A stretch of 63,853 nt of DNA, counting the filler, from Choristocarpus tenellus KU-1152 (taxonomy: Eukaryota; Protista; Phaeophyceae): assembly GCA_964200185.2 (NCBI GenBank). It is 12 parts of 12 records of this genome, joined end to end, with 100 filler letters (N's around TTAATTAATTAA, not from the genome) between each part and the next. Parts side by side here need not be neighbours in the genome. Positions count along the whole stretch, not along the records: positions 1 to 3,844 come from CAXNAD020017611.1; positions 3,945 to 7,131 come from CAXNAD020021678.1; positions 7,232 to 10,366 come from CAXNAD020022075.1; positions 10,467 to 21,788 come from CAXNAD020002384.1; 8 more parts are not named here. One strand, given 5' to 3'. Each line of letters begins with the position of its first letter. The first letter of the stretch is position 1. Made by a program: the position numbers and the translations under genes. Positions 1 through 12,489 of this stretch are shown in pieces. Below the pieces are notes generated by a model. That model did not search any database. It was not told where the DNA came from and saw only the letters and a program-made list of their open reading frames with translations.

Positions 1-333
1 TGCAGCAGCCATGGAAACGCCTGATTCGCGGAAGCACTTCTCATACTGCAAGGGAGGTGACCACAACAATGAGGTCAAGACACCAAGGCAAGAAGGGTTG
101 ACAACTGTACGAGTCAAGGTTGGAATGCAGTAGGGGAGGGGGGGGGGAGGACCCGGGGGGGGCAGTAACAGGAGAGGGTGCATGAAGGACGGCTGAGCAG
201 CCAACGCCTCCTTTTGCATCTTTTCTTACGTAGTAATAACAGCAGATGAAAGCATAAAGGAACAGCACCCCCCATACGTTACGAAACGTCTCCCACATGT
301 ATGTCGAGATCATCTAAGCAGCAAGAGCAAGGG

Positions 334-399
<66 letters not shown>

Positions 400-406
400 A
401 AAATAA

Positions 407-447
<41 letters not shown>

Positions 448-3437
448 CAGACAGATAGACAGACAGATAGACAGATAGACAATGGTTGAGGGAGCAATTG
501 AAACGAGAGGGGGAAAGTGAGGTGAAAAATGGAACCTACGGCAAAGTCCTTTCATAACGCCTTCCTTACCTTTATGTGGGACTTTCGATACTTTTCATCG
601 ATAGCCCGAATATCCCTTTGCATTTTGCCGGCCCTCGCCGTCTGAAACAGGAGGCGTTCGCGCGTGCATGACATGTATATGCACGTGTGATGGTGAGGGA
701 GGGATTGGTCAAGTTGCAATGACATTATGTGCCACAGTACGATCCTCATATTTTTGAGGTGCTGCACGAAAGCGCTCTGTGATGGTACACCACTAAACAA
801 CAAAGACAAGAGGAGGACAGAACCACTGCTCTCTTGACAAATGGAGACCTGGAGACGAAAAAGTGCGCCTGGTTGGTGGTGCACCATTTTATCTATACTG
901 TATGTGTGGGTTTCCTGCACACGTACGCCGACAGTATCACTTCTTCTACTAGAAATGTTCTTTTACTAGAAATGTTCTTTTAATATAAATGTCATTTTTT
1001 TGTACTTTTTATTCAAAACATTATGAGGTAATTCGAACCATGCCTATTTTATTTCCCCATCTGTACACCATCCTCACCAAAAGTGAATTGCACTTTTTAT
1101 TCTTAACACACACACACACACACACAAACAACTGGTACAAAACCCTAACCCTAACCCTAACACCAGATCAATACGTCTACCGAGACACATAACAAAAAAA
1201 AAAAACTCACCAGAGCCCTTGTCTTCTGCCCCAGGTGAGTTCGGAGGTCTAAGAGCGGCTCATGCACATCACAGGCCAGGTTCTTCGCCAGCTGTCGATG
1301 CTGCACTGCCTTGTTTGCCAGGGCCGATTGCAGTCCCTCCAGGCCGTCCTTGAAGGTTCCCTTGTCCAATCCGTCTTTGAACGCCTTCCACATGTCACAA
1401 GTTTGGTCACATGCTCGTGTTGATGGTTCGGAAGTGAAATAATACATACAGGCAAGGTACACACTCCATGCAGAGATGCAGGCGCTTAGATGCTAAGTTA
1501 TAACCCTAACCCTAACCGTTTATACCGATGAGAGTGGTCCATCTCCTGTCCACATTGCTGATGAATACTTCGCTGAGGCCTTCAGGTATATTAAGTCGCA
1601 TTAACCCTACACTGCAACGGTAGTGTTACGGGTATTGCCTCACACAAAAAAATACGCAAACGCCTTCTCCCTGTACCTATGCATCCCCGGCTCTGGTTTA
1701 CGGTGACATATGGGGCCAGAGGATAGATACCACACACCCCAAAACATTTGACCCAGGGTGGCATACAGGTGTGTATAAAGTGATAGAGGTGCAGTCAGGC
1801 AACAATTTAATCAGCTTGTTAGAGATGTGCTGATTGTGGGGTGCGTTGATCACAAAGATGGACTTAAATGATGCCTTGAGGGTTGCAAGCAATCATACTT
1901 CACACAACTGGTCACCAGAAGGAATAAACCAGGGCTAATAGGCACAACGACGCAGCTACTAAAGGGGAGTTAGGTAGATTGTGATGAAAATATTGGGGAC
2001 ATAGGTTGTCACACTTTACTGTGCAGAGGATGTAATTACATTATTACACGATCAAACCAATCAGTATGTTGGGGTGCTTCACAAAATAGTGTGCGTAACC
2101 CACATATGTGCCCTAAAGATGCAAACAATAGTGCATCAATACAGGAGGTGATGGTATTGGGTTTACATAAGCCCTTGACTCCCAAGGATTGTTCCGTAGC
2201 TCAGTCTTGTTGCAAGGATATTCATGATGTTTCTAGTAATCACTGGACTTAACAGGCACCACAGCACATAACTCTGCCGGGATACACATCATTAGCTCAC
2301 CTGGTTTACAACTTTGTCTAGTCCCTTTGCATAGGTCTCCTCAAGACCCACACGGGTTTTGATCATTAAACACAACTGGCAGAGAGAGAGAGCGCACGCG
2401 AGAGAGAGCAGAAGACAAGAAAGGAAGAGGAGTTCAAGACGAGAGACAGATACGGGTACCGAACGGAAGTCAGGCGAGCAGATAAGAGGGGGGGACAACA
2501 GAATGAGATTTGAAACTCTGGCGCAAGCCATTGCCTAGGTTTTAGTAGGGTGGGGAAGGTACAGTCCAGATGGAGTTGGAGGGGGTTGATGTGGCTTCAA
2601 GGCAAGGTCTCCACATATCCCAAAAAGATGTCAACTATGGACTCTTAACAGAGCTAAGAAAACTTGGCCCTCAGGTGGACGGAAATTGCTACAATAGGCA
2701 GGCAACAAAGAACGAGGACAAACAATTGGGCAGGAGTAGAAGCTCGTTATTAATAATCATTCTCTATGAGGATTGAGGGTTGGCAGTAGTGGGAGGCTCA
2801 TGGTGTTGCCTATGCCAATTGCACTGGACACGATGTTCAACATGAAAATTCATCGTCTAAGGATGCATGAGTCCACAGTTGACAATGACTTGACCACTAA
2901 AGACAGAACATGAAACAATAGCAGAGGTGCTACAACACTCAGGGCTGCCCAGCAATCAGTTTCCGTATGCAATGCGAAAATTAAGTAATCTACAGGTATC
3001 AAGAAAAATGGCAGCATGTAAATTTCTCCACCACACCACATTCACCGCTGATCAAACTGTGCAAGGGATTAAGACAGTAACCCTTCGATACTCCGCCTCT
3101 GTAGTTGAACAGGCCTTCGATAACAATCCTCGAAAACAAGAGAACTCCTGTGTCTCAGGTAAGTTAGTCGTACGTCACCATTTGAGCCTTAACTTAGCGG
3201 CAACACCTCAAAATCATAATCGAACCTCACCTCATCCATTGCCTTCACCCCTGCTGCCGATCGTTTCTTGACTCGTTCGTAGGCGGGAAGGAGATCTGTC
3301 GCATAGCACATGAAGTAGCCTTGGCGAGGGGTGATGCTCCCATCCCCCTCTTGGTCTGAATCCACGGATCCATCCATTACCTCTACGTCAGATCGCGCTC
3401 CATTTATCAGTGCTTCCTCCGGTGACTGCGATTCCAT
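1..3437 (-). CDS. F-BAR (FCH) domain protein, 5' part. Exons 3231-3437, 2301-2375, 1211-1384, 570-641, 1-45 (runs off the window)
   Basis: All introns are phase 0 GT-AG. The spliced peptide reads YATDLLPAYERVKKRSAAGVKAMDE|LCLMIKTRVGLEETYAKGLDKV..|..GTFKDGLEGLQSALANKAVQHRQLAKNLACDVHEPL..|TARAGKMQRDIRAIDEKYRKSHIK|YEKCFRE. It matches F-BAR hallmarks (R..lE..YAk.L, GT...a..H..lA, YEk.c). Confidence 0.8.
334..480. repeat. (GATA)n/(GACA)n microsatellite in the F-BAR intron
   Basis: Directly visible tetranucleotide array. Confidence 0.97.
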
Positions 3438-3577
3438 CGACACAACGTTGGACTTGATGAAGGTTGATTCTTTGTAAGAGATAGCAAAATATCACTTGTA
3501 CCAATAATGTACCTTCTGTCGGGAGTTCTAAGTTTTTTTGTGGCGGTCTCAGCACATAATTATTATATTTATTATAT

Positions 3578-3770
3578 TTTTATTATTATGCCCTCTGACA
3601 TTTTGCAGATGTGTCAGGGGGAATCCAATGAAAACTATATTGAGGACATTTTATATACACATATTTATATATATAGTTTTCATTGGTTCCCCCCTGATAC
3701 ATCTGCAAAATGACAGGGCATAATAATAAAACATGAAAACTATATACATATGTGTATATAAAATGTCCTA
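3578..3770. repeat. Overlapping inverted repeats (hairpin with ~60-bp arms)
   Basis: ttattatgccct..cattttgcagatgtgtcagggggaatccaatgaaaactatat (~3580-3640) is the reverse complement of ~3670-3728. The loop sequence aggacattttatatacacatat is inverted again at ~3749-3769. Confidence 0.85.
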
Positions 3771-3772
3771 AA

Positions 3773-3844
3773 TGTGAATCGTGTGATTCTGTGGCGGCGT
3801 GGTTCACTCAGGCAAGTGTGGTGAAGAGAATCACCGGGCAAGAT
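3773..3844 (+). repeat. Terminus of a dispersed repeat (TG start, possibly an LTR end), truncated by a gap
   Basis: tgtgaat..gattctgtggcggcgtggttcactcaggcaag..gaagagaatcaccgggc recurs at 45286-45352, also at a contig end. Confidence 0.7.
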
Positions 3845-3944
3845 NNNNNNNNNNNNNNNNNNNNNNNNNNNNNNNNNNNNNNNNNNNNTTAATTAATTAA
3901 NNNNNNNNNNNNNNNNNNNNNNNNNNNNNNNNNNNNNNNNNNNN
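3845..3944. other. Artificial contig spacer N44-TTAATTAATTAA-N44. Others at 7132, 10367, 21789, 26381, 32781, 42547, 45353, 51543, 57701, 61138
   Basis: Identical 100-nt blocks with a six-frame stop linker. Confidence 0.98.
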
Positions 3945-6084
3945 GATGTCTGCATTTCCTAATCTACTCCACCGATGGTGTCTATAGTGTATCAGCAGCA
4001 CTATCTACGAGCACAATACCCGCCACCCAGTCTGTGCCCCGATCCACATCCTCTATAACCACAGACAGAGCGAGTGATGCAGGTCGACACCATTCGGGTA
4101 AGGATTTACCTTCACCATCTGCTTCCCAAGATGAGGTTGTCGAGTGGCTCAAGGCACATCGAGTTTGTTTCGATCATGCTTTTGGTCGCAAATGCTTCAA
4201 GTCTATCGGTCGCAGGTGGAGGTATACTCACGACGACTCTGTAGTACCTAAAGGTTACTTTGCATATCTGTCCCGACATAAGCCAAGTACTATCTCAACG
4301 AACGAGTCGCGTACAATGGTAGCCTTGACAGACTCCCACTTGCACTACCTCACCGCGATGCAGGACTTTGAGTTTCCGCCACTATTTACAAGCAGCCCGA
4401 CCGATTCCGAAGTTCCCGAGTTGCCCTGAGGGTGCGCCCTGGAGTCTTCAGCTCCAGGGAACTTAGACGCTGTAGCCATAGGAAGCATGACCCAGTCATA
4501 CATTATATCCTGCCGTAGATCAAACAACTGAACTCTACACACCCATGGAGTCGTATTGTAGTTGCTCGCACTCTCAGTACTTGGTCAGTAAGTAATAGAA
4601 GTATTGGTTCAAATGGCAAATCCAACAACACGAAAAGTCTGTATCAAGAAGCATTTTGTGATAGGTCGCTTAGTTTAACCCCAACTTCTGATCAGATATC
4701 AACCACTGTTAGTGCTTTAAATACTGATTCTGCTCCATTCAGTAAAGCTAGAGAGGAGTTTCATCAAGCCTTCAAATAGACAAATGCGTTCAAAGATACC
4801 ACGTTCAATCAGTCACAAGTGTCTCAACTTTTAGACCTTTGTGCTCGTTATAGATTGGTATTATTTTCATTGAATGCAGCAGAACTAGGCAGATGTACTC
4901 TAGCTGAGGCAGAAATTCCTATAGAGCCCGGTACCAAACCTGTTGATAGGAACCCTTACAGAGCAAACCCCCGTACTCAACAAGTAATTGACTAGTGTGT
5001 TAATACCATGGAAGAGCAAGGCATCCTTGAAAAACGTGCCAGCCCTTGAGGTAGTCCTGTTACCACTGTGGCCAATCTGATGGCTCCCAACGTGTTTCTG
5101 TGTGGACTATGGGTCAACTGTTAACAAAGAGTGAAAGTATCTTAGAGGGTAGGAGTTTTGCCCTGTTTGTCCATTTGGGGCTTGGCTTCCCATGGGGTTT
5201 TTTAAGAGATTTTCCTACTCCAAAGTGTTTCGGAGTAAGTAAAATGTGTACAAGTTATGAAAAGGTGTGTGTCCGGAACAAGGATATTGACACTTCCTAA
5301 CAAACACGATAGCCATTTTTTCATTAAAAAACCCCAACATTGGATTTTGACCCCCAAATGGACACGGCCCTACCCTCTAAGATATTTTGACTCAAACATA
5401 TTGTTCGACAGACTAAGCCTATGCCTGATATGGAGTCTCATATTGATACCGTTGGAGGCACAAAAATCATCACCGTTTTTGATATTCAAAGTGTATATTG
5501 GCAAATCTCTGTTGCTGAGTAGGACATCGATAAAACTGCTTTTGTCACATCCAGAGGCAAATATGTTTTTTAAGACGATGCCCTTTGGGATATCAAATGC
5601 TCCCTGGTCATTTCAAAGAATCATATCCTTAGCCTTTGCAAATTTTGGTCCACGTTTAGTCGTTTTCTAGTTTACATGGATGACTTGATTGCTTGTTCTC
5701 CCACATGGGTAGGACATCTCTATTTACTAGAGCAGCAATTCAAAGCTTTGCAAGCACCAGGTTTAACCTTGAAACCGTCAAAGATCCAATTTGGACCTCA
5801 AGAAGTACGCTATCTGGGTCATATTTTATCATCGGAGGGGATTCATATCTGTGAAGATCGGGTTGGTGCAATCACTGAGTTACCCAAACCCACCACCATT
5901 AAAAAAACTTCAATCTGTCCAAGGTATGGTTAATTTTGTGCGTAAATTCATACCCAACTTAGCCACAGTAATCGAACCGTTACTTCGTCTCACTAAAAAA
6001 GGTGTCAGTAAGAGAGTGGATAAAGAATGGGGATTGGATCAGGACGTGGCACGTTTTCAAGTAAAACAATTACTCACTGCAACT
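3945..6084 (+). mobile_element. Degenerate Ty3/Gypsy pol (reverse transcriptase and connection region), interrupted by a MITE
   Basis: PGTKPVDRNPYRANP..MEEQGILE..SP; MPFGISNAP; YMDD at 5673; GLTLKPSKIQFG..VRYLGH; GMVNFVRKFIPNLA..EPL. Contains stops and frameshifts. Confidence 0.9.
5129..5393 (+). mobile_element. MITE family A, full copy with 3-bp TSD AAA
   Basis: TIRs GAGTGAAAGTATCTTAGAGGGTAG / CTACCCTCTAAGATATTTTGACTC. AAA lies on both flanks and the RT sequence resumes after the insert. Confidence 0.9.
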
Positions 6085-6342
6085 GAGTGAAAGTATCTTA
6101 GAGGGTACGAGTTTTTCCCTGTTTGTCCTTTTGGGGCTTGGCTTCCCCCATTTTTTTTATGACATTTTCCTTCTCCAAAATATTTCGGAGTAGTTAAAAT
6201 GTATACGTTATGAAAAGGTGTGTCCGCAACATACATATTGACGCTTCCTAACAAACACAATAGCCAAAATTACATCGAAATTGCAACATTAGATTTTGGC
6301 CCCCAAATGGACGCGACTCTACCCTCTAAGATACTTTGGCTC
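6085..6342 (+). mobile_element. MITE family A copy
   Basis: Same TIRs and internal sequence as 5129-5393; no TSD. Confidence 0.88.
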
Positions 6343-7231
6343 TTTCTTAACCACACTCCTCCCTCTCTCAACAACTCAATCTTTAACTCTTCGTTCCCTC
6401 CTTGATAATTTTTATTTCTTTCCTGTCGCCTTCCTTGCCCTGTGCCCCCAACCAACCAGAATTCTTCCGCCCACAAAACTCAGATTGCTTAATAAACTTT
6501 CCCGTCCCTGACAATGATATGGAATTGATCATTTTTGTTCAAGAAGAAGAAATGGAAAAACAAAGAAACAAGAAGACAAACTCGAATTAATTTGTGAGGG
6601 AATTCATGTGACACATAGTATGTTTTTTATTTGTGATACAAGCGATTGTTCTTATGCTTTCAATGTAGTGTGGTGCTGTGAAGGTGATTGATGATGTTGT
6701 TATGAGGAGCTGAGGAGGTAAGTGAGAATAGCGACCGTTACAATGGACAAATCAACATTCAGTGTGGGCTGACGATACTATATCGTATCAAACCAAATCA
6801 AATGAGTAGTTGATGTTGGCGTCAATGTCAACAAAGAGCAAGAACATTGTTAACGACGGTGGTGTAGGGGTAACATTTAACCCTCCCAAGGCTATACCCA
6901 GGCCCCGCATCCCCCCAGGGCCACCAACCCACGCCCTCGGAACTAGAGCTCCTCTCTACTACAGCGGGAATCAACCTAGCCCCGAACCCCAGTGGTTTTG
7001 TCACTCTAGGGGCACCAGTAGGAACAGATGACATTATTCGAGCTCACATGACGGAGGTGATAGAGAGCTCTGGGACACGAGCTTTAGCCACACACCTCAG
7101 CGAGATGGAGGACAAGCAGGTGGCCTCGCTCNNNNNNNNNNNNNNNNNNNNNNNNNNNNNNNNNNNNNNNNNNNNTTAATTAATTAANNNNNNNNNNNNN
7201 NNNNNNNNNNNNNNNNNNNNNNNNNNNNNNN

Positions 7232-7398
7232 TCTGGGGGGGGGGGGGCGTCTATACCGGGGTGTCTATTTGGGTGAAATTAAGGAAAAGTGCACTTGCAC
7301 TATCCATACAACGTATGCAACCAAATCACCTAAAAATTGCGACATGAAAAAATTGACCCCAAATGGACAGCCGCCACCCACCCCAGATACTTTGAGCC
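7232..7398 (+). mobile_element. MITE family B (poly-G subterminal), 5' end cut by a gap
   Basis: Matches 40593-40773; ends cagatactttgagcc. Confidence 0.82.
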
Positions 7399-8582
7399 AT
7401 ACATCCGTGTGGCTACCACACACTCTGATGTTAAACCTAGGTCCGATTCCCATACCATTTGGGCGTAATCATCTTGGAAGCTATGTCAGAAGTTTATGGG
7501 TCTCTTACGTGGAATGGTTTCACGTGAGAGGCATGGACGTTATGTGAGCGTGTTTGCCTACCTAGTAATTCTACCGTCATGCTGCTGCTCTTGTGCGAAA
7601 TTTCTTTTACTGCCCATGCTTCTATCCATTTTTCATTAACTAGCTTCTTGCCCACTCTTGTCTCACCTAGGTTTTCCTCATGGATTGGGCTGTCTGCTTC
7701 TTTCAATCGTACGGGGTCACCTGGTTTTGATCCTAGTCCTGGAGATGACCTGGTAATCGTAGTGTTGGCTCTATCCCTGTTTTTTTGCCTTGCAGACATT
7801 CGTCTTTCCAGCACCTCTCGTGCCTCCCTGAAATTCTATCTGCGCTGTTCAATGAAGGAATCCAATCCTCCAACATTTATGGCTCCATCCAACTTGGGTA
7901 TTAGGGCATACAGCTGTGTGCGAGGATCGCGACCAAATGAGACTCAAAAGGGGGTTGGGTTGAGGGGTCAGATGAATCTGGAGTGGTGCGTTGTGCCCAA
8001 CACGCTGGGGATACATACTCATCCCATCTATCCGGCTACGACACACTCATAGTTCTGACAGGACTTCCAAAAGTAAGCCTCCCATCTTTTCTACTCCTCC
8101 TTGCCTCCTAGAGTTGGTGGTGGCTCCATAATTGATAGGGACCTTCAGCCAACGACAAATCTGTTTCATAATATCTCCTGTGAACCCCCCCCCTGCATCG
8201 CTACGGATCGACAGAGGCATACCAGATGCGAGACACATCTCCAACAAGATCGTTGCTACTTCAACTGTTTCTTTCGACACTATTGGAAACGTAAAAGGGA
8301 ATCCTAAAGCTCTGTCAATCACAATTAATATATACTTGTTGCCTTTTGCTGAGATGTGTCCTACGTCTTGTAGATATACCTCAAGTATGTCCTATGGTTC
8401 CATACATTTAGCTGGTAACTTTGCTACCTGTACACTCCATATTCCCTTGCGTCTGTGGCAGCCACAGGATAAAACATAATTCCGTGTGTCCTTACGGAGT
8501 GAGGGCCAGAAAAAGTATACTGGGTTGGAGCTACTCTGCGGCCAACTCCCTATGGCTACTCTGCAGATGTACTAGTGCTATG

Positions 8583-8816
8583 GAGTCAAAGTATCTTAGA
8601 GGGTAGAGTCGCGTCCGTTTGGTGGCCAAAATCCAATGTTGCGATTTTGGTGTAGTTTTGGCTATCGTGCTTAAGTGTCAATATCCTTGTTCCGACAAAC
8701 TGTTTCATAGTTTTATATAATTTACCTACTCCGAAATGTTTCATAAAGTCAGTGGGAAGCCAAGCCCCACACAAACAGACAGGGAAAAAATCGTGCCCTA
8801 TAAGATACTTTCACTC
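8583..8816 (-). mobile_element. MITE family A, reverse orientation, 3-bp TSD ATG
   Basis: atg|GAGTCAAAGTATCTTAGAGGG...TAAGATACTTTCACTC|atg. Confidence 0.9.
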
Positions 8817-8893
8817 ATGATGTCTGACAGTAGTGAACGAAGAACTGCTAGCCTAGGTGGGTGTTCTCCACGAGTGTACCACAGCAATTCTTT

Positions 8894-9365
8894 TAGGGAA
8901 AGTATCTCAGAGGGTACGAGTTTTACCCTGTTTGTCCATTTGGGGCTTCGCTTCCCACGGATTTTTCATGACATTTTTCCTACTCCGAAATGTTTCGAAG
9001 TAGGAAAAATGTGTATGTTATGAAAAGGTGTGTTCGGAACAAGGATAATTGACACTTCCTAACATACACAATAGCCAAATTTACATCAAAATCGCAACAT
9101 TGGATTTGACCCCCAAACGGACGCGACTCTACCCTCTCAAATACTTTAACTCTTTGGAGCTTGGCTTCCCACGGTTTATTATGATATTTTACCTACTCCG
9201 AAACATTTCGGAGTAGGTAAAATCTCTACGTTATGAAAAGTTGTGTCTGGAACAAGGTATTGACACTTCCTTAACAAACACGATAGCCAAAATTACATCA
9301 AAATCGCAACATTGGATTTCGGCCCCCAAATGGACACGGCTCTACCCTCTACGATACTTTGACTC
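8894..9365 (+). mobile_element. MITE family A full copy (8894-9152) followed by a 5'-truncated tandem copy (9153-9365)
   Basis: Two successive right TIRs (ccctctcaaatactttaactc and ccctctacgatactttgactc) with duplicated internal sequence. Confidence 0.85.
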
Positions 9366-10466
9366 TTGCGTCATATAGAGAATACAATTCCACATCCATA
9401 CTCGCATGTCTGAGAGAGTAGCTATTGCTCTCTCGAGGGTGGGGTGATTCTGCATCGTCTCTCTCATTCAAACTGCTCGGTCTCTTCCTGTGTTGTTCTT
9501 TGGTCATGTTTTACCTTTGTGAATTTTCTTGCATTGTAGCGTCTCTTCTCCCGCTGTTCCCTTTGCTACTTTCTTGTCTTCAAGGGTAGTGGGGTCTAAA
9601 GGTAGCCATCCAATAGTGTTGGATGCATTAGATGGGGAATGGGGTTGCTTTGAAGGCAAGAGTCAGATTTATGTTAGGTATCTTATCTGGGGCCATCCAA
9701 CCAGAGGGAAGGTGTGTAGGCATTGATGGACTTCGATCTTGGGGTACGCTGGGTGACAGTCATCCTTCAACGCCTGAGTTGCCACTATCGGCTTTTATGT
9801 GACAGCTTTGCAGTGTTGAAAGTATTTCTGGAAGTGTGGTACTGACTGCGTCCCAAGACATCATGTTCTCAAGCCCTGACTAGGTTCATTGTACGAGGGA
9901 GGAGTGCACTCTAGTGCTGAATCTATGACAGCACAGAGGGAGATTAGGGACGTTGTGGGATGACCTGGGTTGTGGTCTGATGCGCCTAAGTTCTGCAAAG
10001 ATACACCATATGAGGCAGGTCCTCTCAGTCCGGCGTAGTTCTTGCGACACACTACCGATGGATCATTAGGAAAGGAATCATCAATATCTAAACCTGGTGT
10101 AGTTAGTGGGGGGAGTCGGGACAGTCCGTCTGGTAGCTGATATTCCGAAACCGCTCGGGCACTTCAGCTCCAAGTCATGATTCATGAGGCGAAGGGCCCA
10201 CATGTAGAGCTTGGGGCTGAGTTCACACTACTCTTAAGGAGCCAAGTCAGGGCAAACAGTCAGTTTGAGTAAATTTCCAACCCCAAATTTAGGAGTGGAG
10301 ATGTTCGACTGCCCACGAGATAGCCATGCAGACCCAAAGTATCTGGGGGGGGGGGGCATCTATACCNNNNNNNNNNNNNNNNNNNNNNNNNNNNNNNNNN
10401 NNNNNNNNNNTTAATTAATTAANNNNNNNNNNNNNNNNNNNNNNNNNNNNNNNNNNNNNNNNNNNN

Positions 10467-10626
10467 GTGCCCAAACATTTCCAAAAAAAGGACATATCCC
10501 GGGCCCTTCCAAGTGCAAAAACAGTTGCAAAAAAAAAACCTTCGGTACTTTTTTAAGACCGTTTTCGCAGAACAACCATCCTCATAGCCCCGCTCCATCC
10601 TCAATTTTTAACATCCACTGTTTAAA
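10467..10626. repeat. Dispersed repeat family C at contig ends (also 21889-21950 and, inverted, 42490-42546)
   Basis: Shared core gca(g/a)aa..ccat/cctcatag(c/t)cccgc.cc.tcctcaatttt..atccactgtt. Confidence 0.75.
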
Positions 10627-12489
10627 CGGAAGTTGAGGGGACGACCACCTGACCTATGTCGACAAGCTCATTGGCTATATCACAAATCATAGAGGTATTC
10701 TGAAATTGACTGACACTGAAAAAGAACGTGTGGTTTTGGAGTCTTCCCAGTGAAATCATGTAAAGGAATGTCATGTGTTTTTATGGCTCTGTGATAGAGA
10801 GTCTTTCATGATCAAGGCAGTGAAGACTTTGATAACATTTCTTTTGAACAAAATGCTAGAGTTGGACTACAACTTATATTCATCTTCCAAACCAGGTATG
10901 TTCTATTCTCTGCAACACTGAACCACTCCAGGACAATTTCATGGTATGTATATATATTGAGTATATATTTATGTATATATTGAGTGACAAAATGTTTCGG
11001 TATTTCCTAACCGATCCACGAAAGATCGCAGGTAAGCTCAGGAGAAACATTGTCAGTAGTAGTTGCTCCAGATCGTCAACTTGACAAACCAGTGCTGTCT
11101 CTCTGTTTTCTCAAATCATCCCCAGTAGAATCCCCAGTTCCCGAGACGCATACAATGATGGTGTATCATGTATGCATGGTATGGAACGAGTTACAGAATT
11201 GTAGTTGTATGTACTCGTTTGTGTCTTGTGTAGTTGGTCCGTAGTCGTTGGGAACCCTCTTTTCCTGATGATTACATGGGCTGGCAGTTCTATATGAAAT
11301 ATTCTGGAACTTCATGATGTCCTCTACACAGAGGTGATGTATACTTGCTTCCTGCATTGATAATTTTTTTCCTTGGGCATCTCAGCAAAGCCTGTGAGGT
11401 GGCCAAAAGATAATATGGGGTTTAAAGGTATCCTGAGTGCCTTCGGAGTATGCTCACCTGGGGCACATTGACAATTATTGGTGTCACCACAGTAACTGAT
11501 TGCTCATGGACAACATACACGAAATGGATGTAGTGATCTTGACCTGGTGCACTTAATTGCAATCTGGTTCAGGAGGGGGAGATTTGAACACTCATGGTAT
11601 GGCAAGGTTGTAAAGTGGTACTTACTGCATACCTGCATGCACTTTCACAAAACGTTTCTTGTTTTTCGCATTTTTGTGCCTCCAATGCTGTTGAAGTATT
11701 AATAGACGTCTAGATGAAATGCCCTATTAATACAGCCCTATACACTCGTCACGTATGCAAATATTGAAATATACCACTGAATGCACCACCGGTGAGTGGT
11801 GGGTGTGTCCATTGCATGCTCTCAAGACATTTGTAGGTGGCAGCACTTGATTATTGGCGACATAATTTACCTAAAGTGTGGTTGCTGCGCTACTCTTTTA
11901 CCAGCCAACAAATGGGGTACAGTAGTAGTAGGTTTCACCTTGCCCTTTCTTACTCAATCAAGCATCACGACACATGGTACAAATGATACCACTAGTAGTA
12001 TGACTAAAGACACCCTTTACAGCGTAGAATTATATGAAGAACATCATTCGAATAAAAAAATTTAAATCACAAGCAACAAACGATAAAATTTGAGGTAGTA
12101 ATAACTCACTGCCCAAAGTGGCTCCCGCCGCCGCGCAAAATAAATCCTCAGCACACCACGTGTCACACCAGACGCAACAAACACTGGAGTTCAAGGAACA
12201 GGAATCAAGGTGGGACCAGTACAAAGGCCTATCAGTGCACAAGAAGCAGCTTTTTCATCCACTCACGACTTCCGGAATGTTGATCAACACTGCACACCCC
12301 TCCTCACGTCTAGCGCCCTTTCAATCTACAAGTGACACACCTGTGTTCCCTCTTCACCACACACTATACTTCCTTAGAAAGAGACATTTCTCCCATCCCT
12401 AACTCTACCAGGAGACGATTCTCCCAAAAAGTCCTTGCCATTTGTGTCCCAAACTGAGACGAGCAAAAATCGAAGCAGTACTATAGCCT

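Larger units (their letters stand above)
7494..10330 (-). mobile_element. Degenerate Ty3/Gypsy integrase and upstream pol with nested MITEs
   Basis: FW..LRKDT.NYVLSCGC zinc-binding remnant; KYILIVIDRA..FPF; GMPLSIRSDAGGGFT; QGGVEKMG; C-terminal HASHVKPF. The upstream (high-coordinate) limit is approximate. Confidence 0.8.

Noticed and set aside
279-555. LSIY-repeat ORFs
   Set aside because: Translation of the (GATA)n microsatellite.
3783-3844. tRNA or SRP RNA gene
   Set aside because: Only an A-box-like motif is present; no cloverleaf or B box is visible before the gap.
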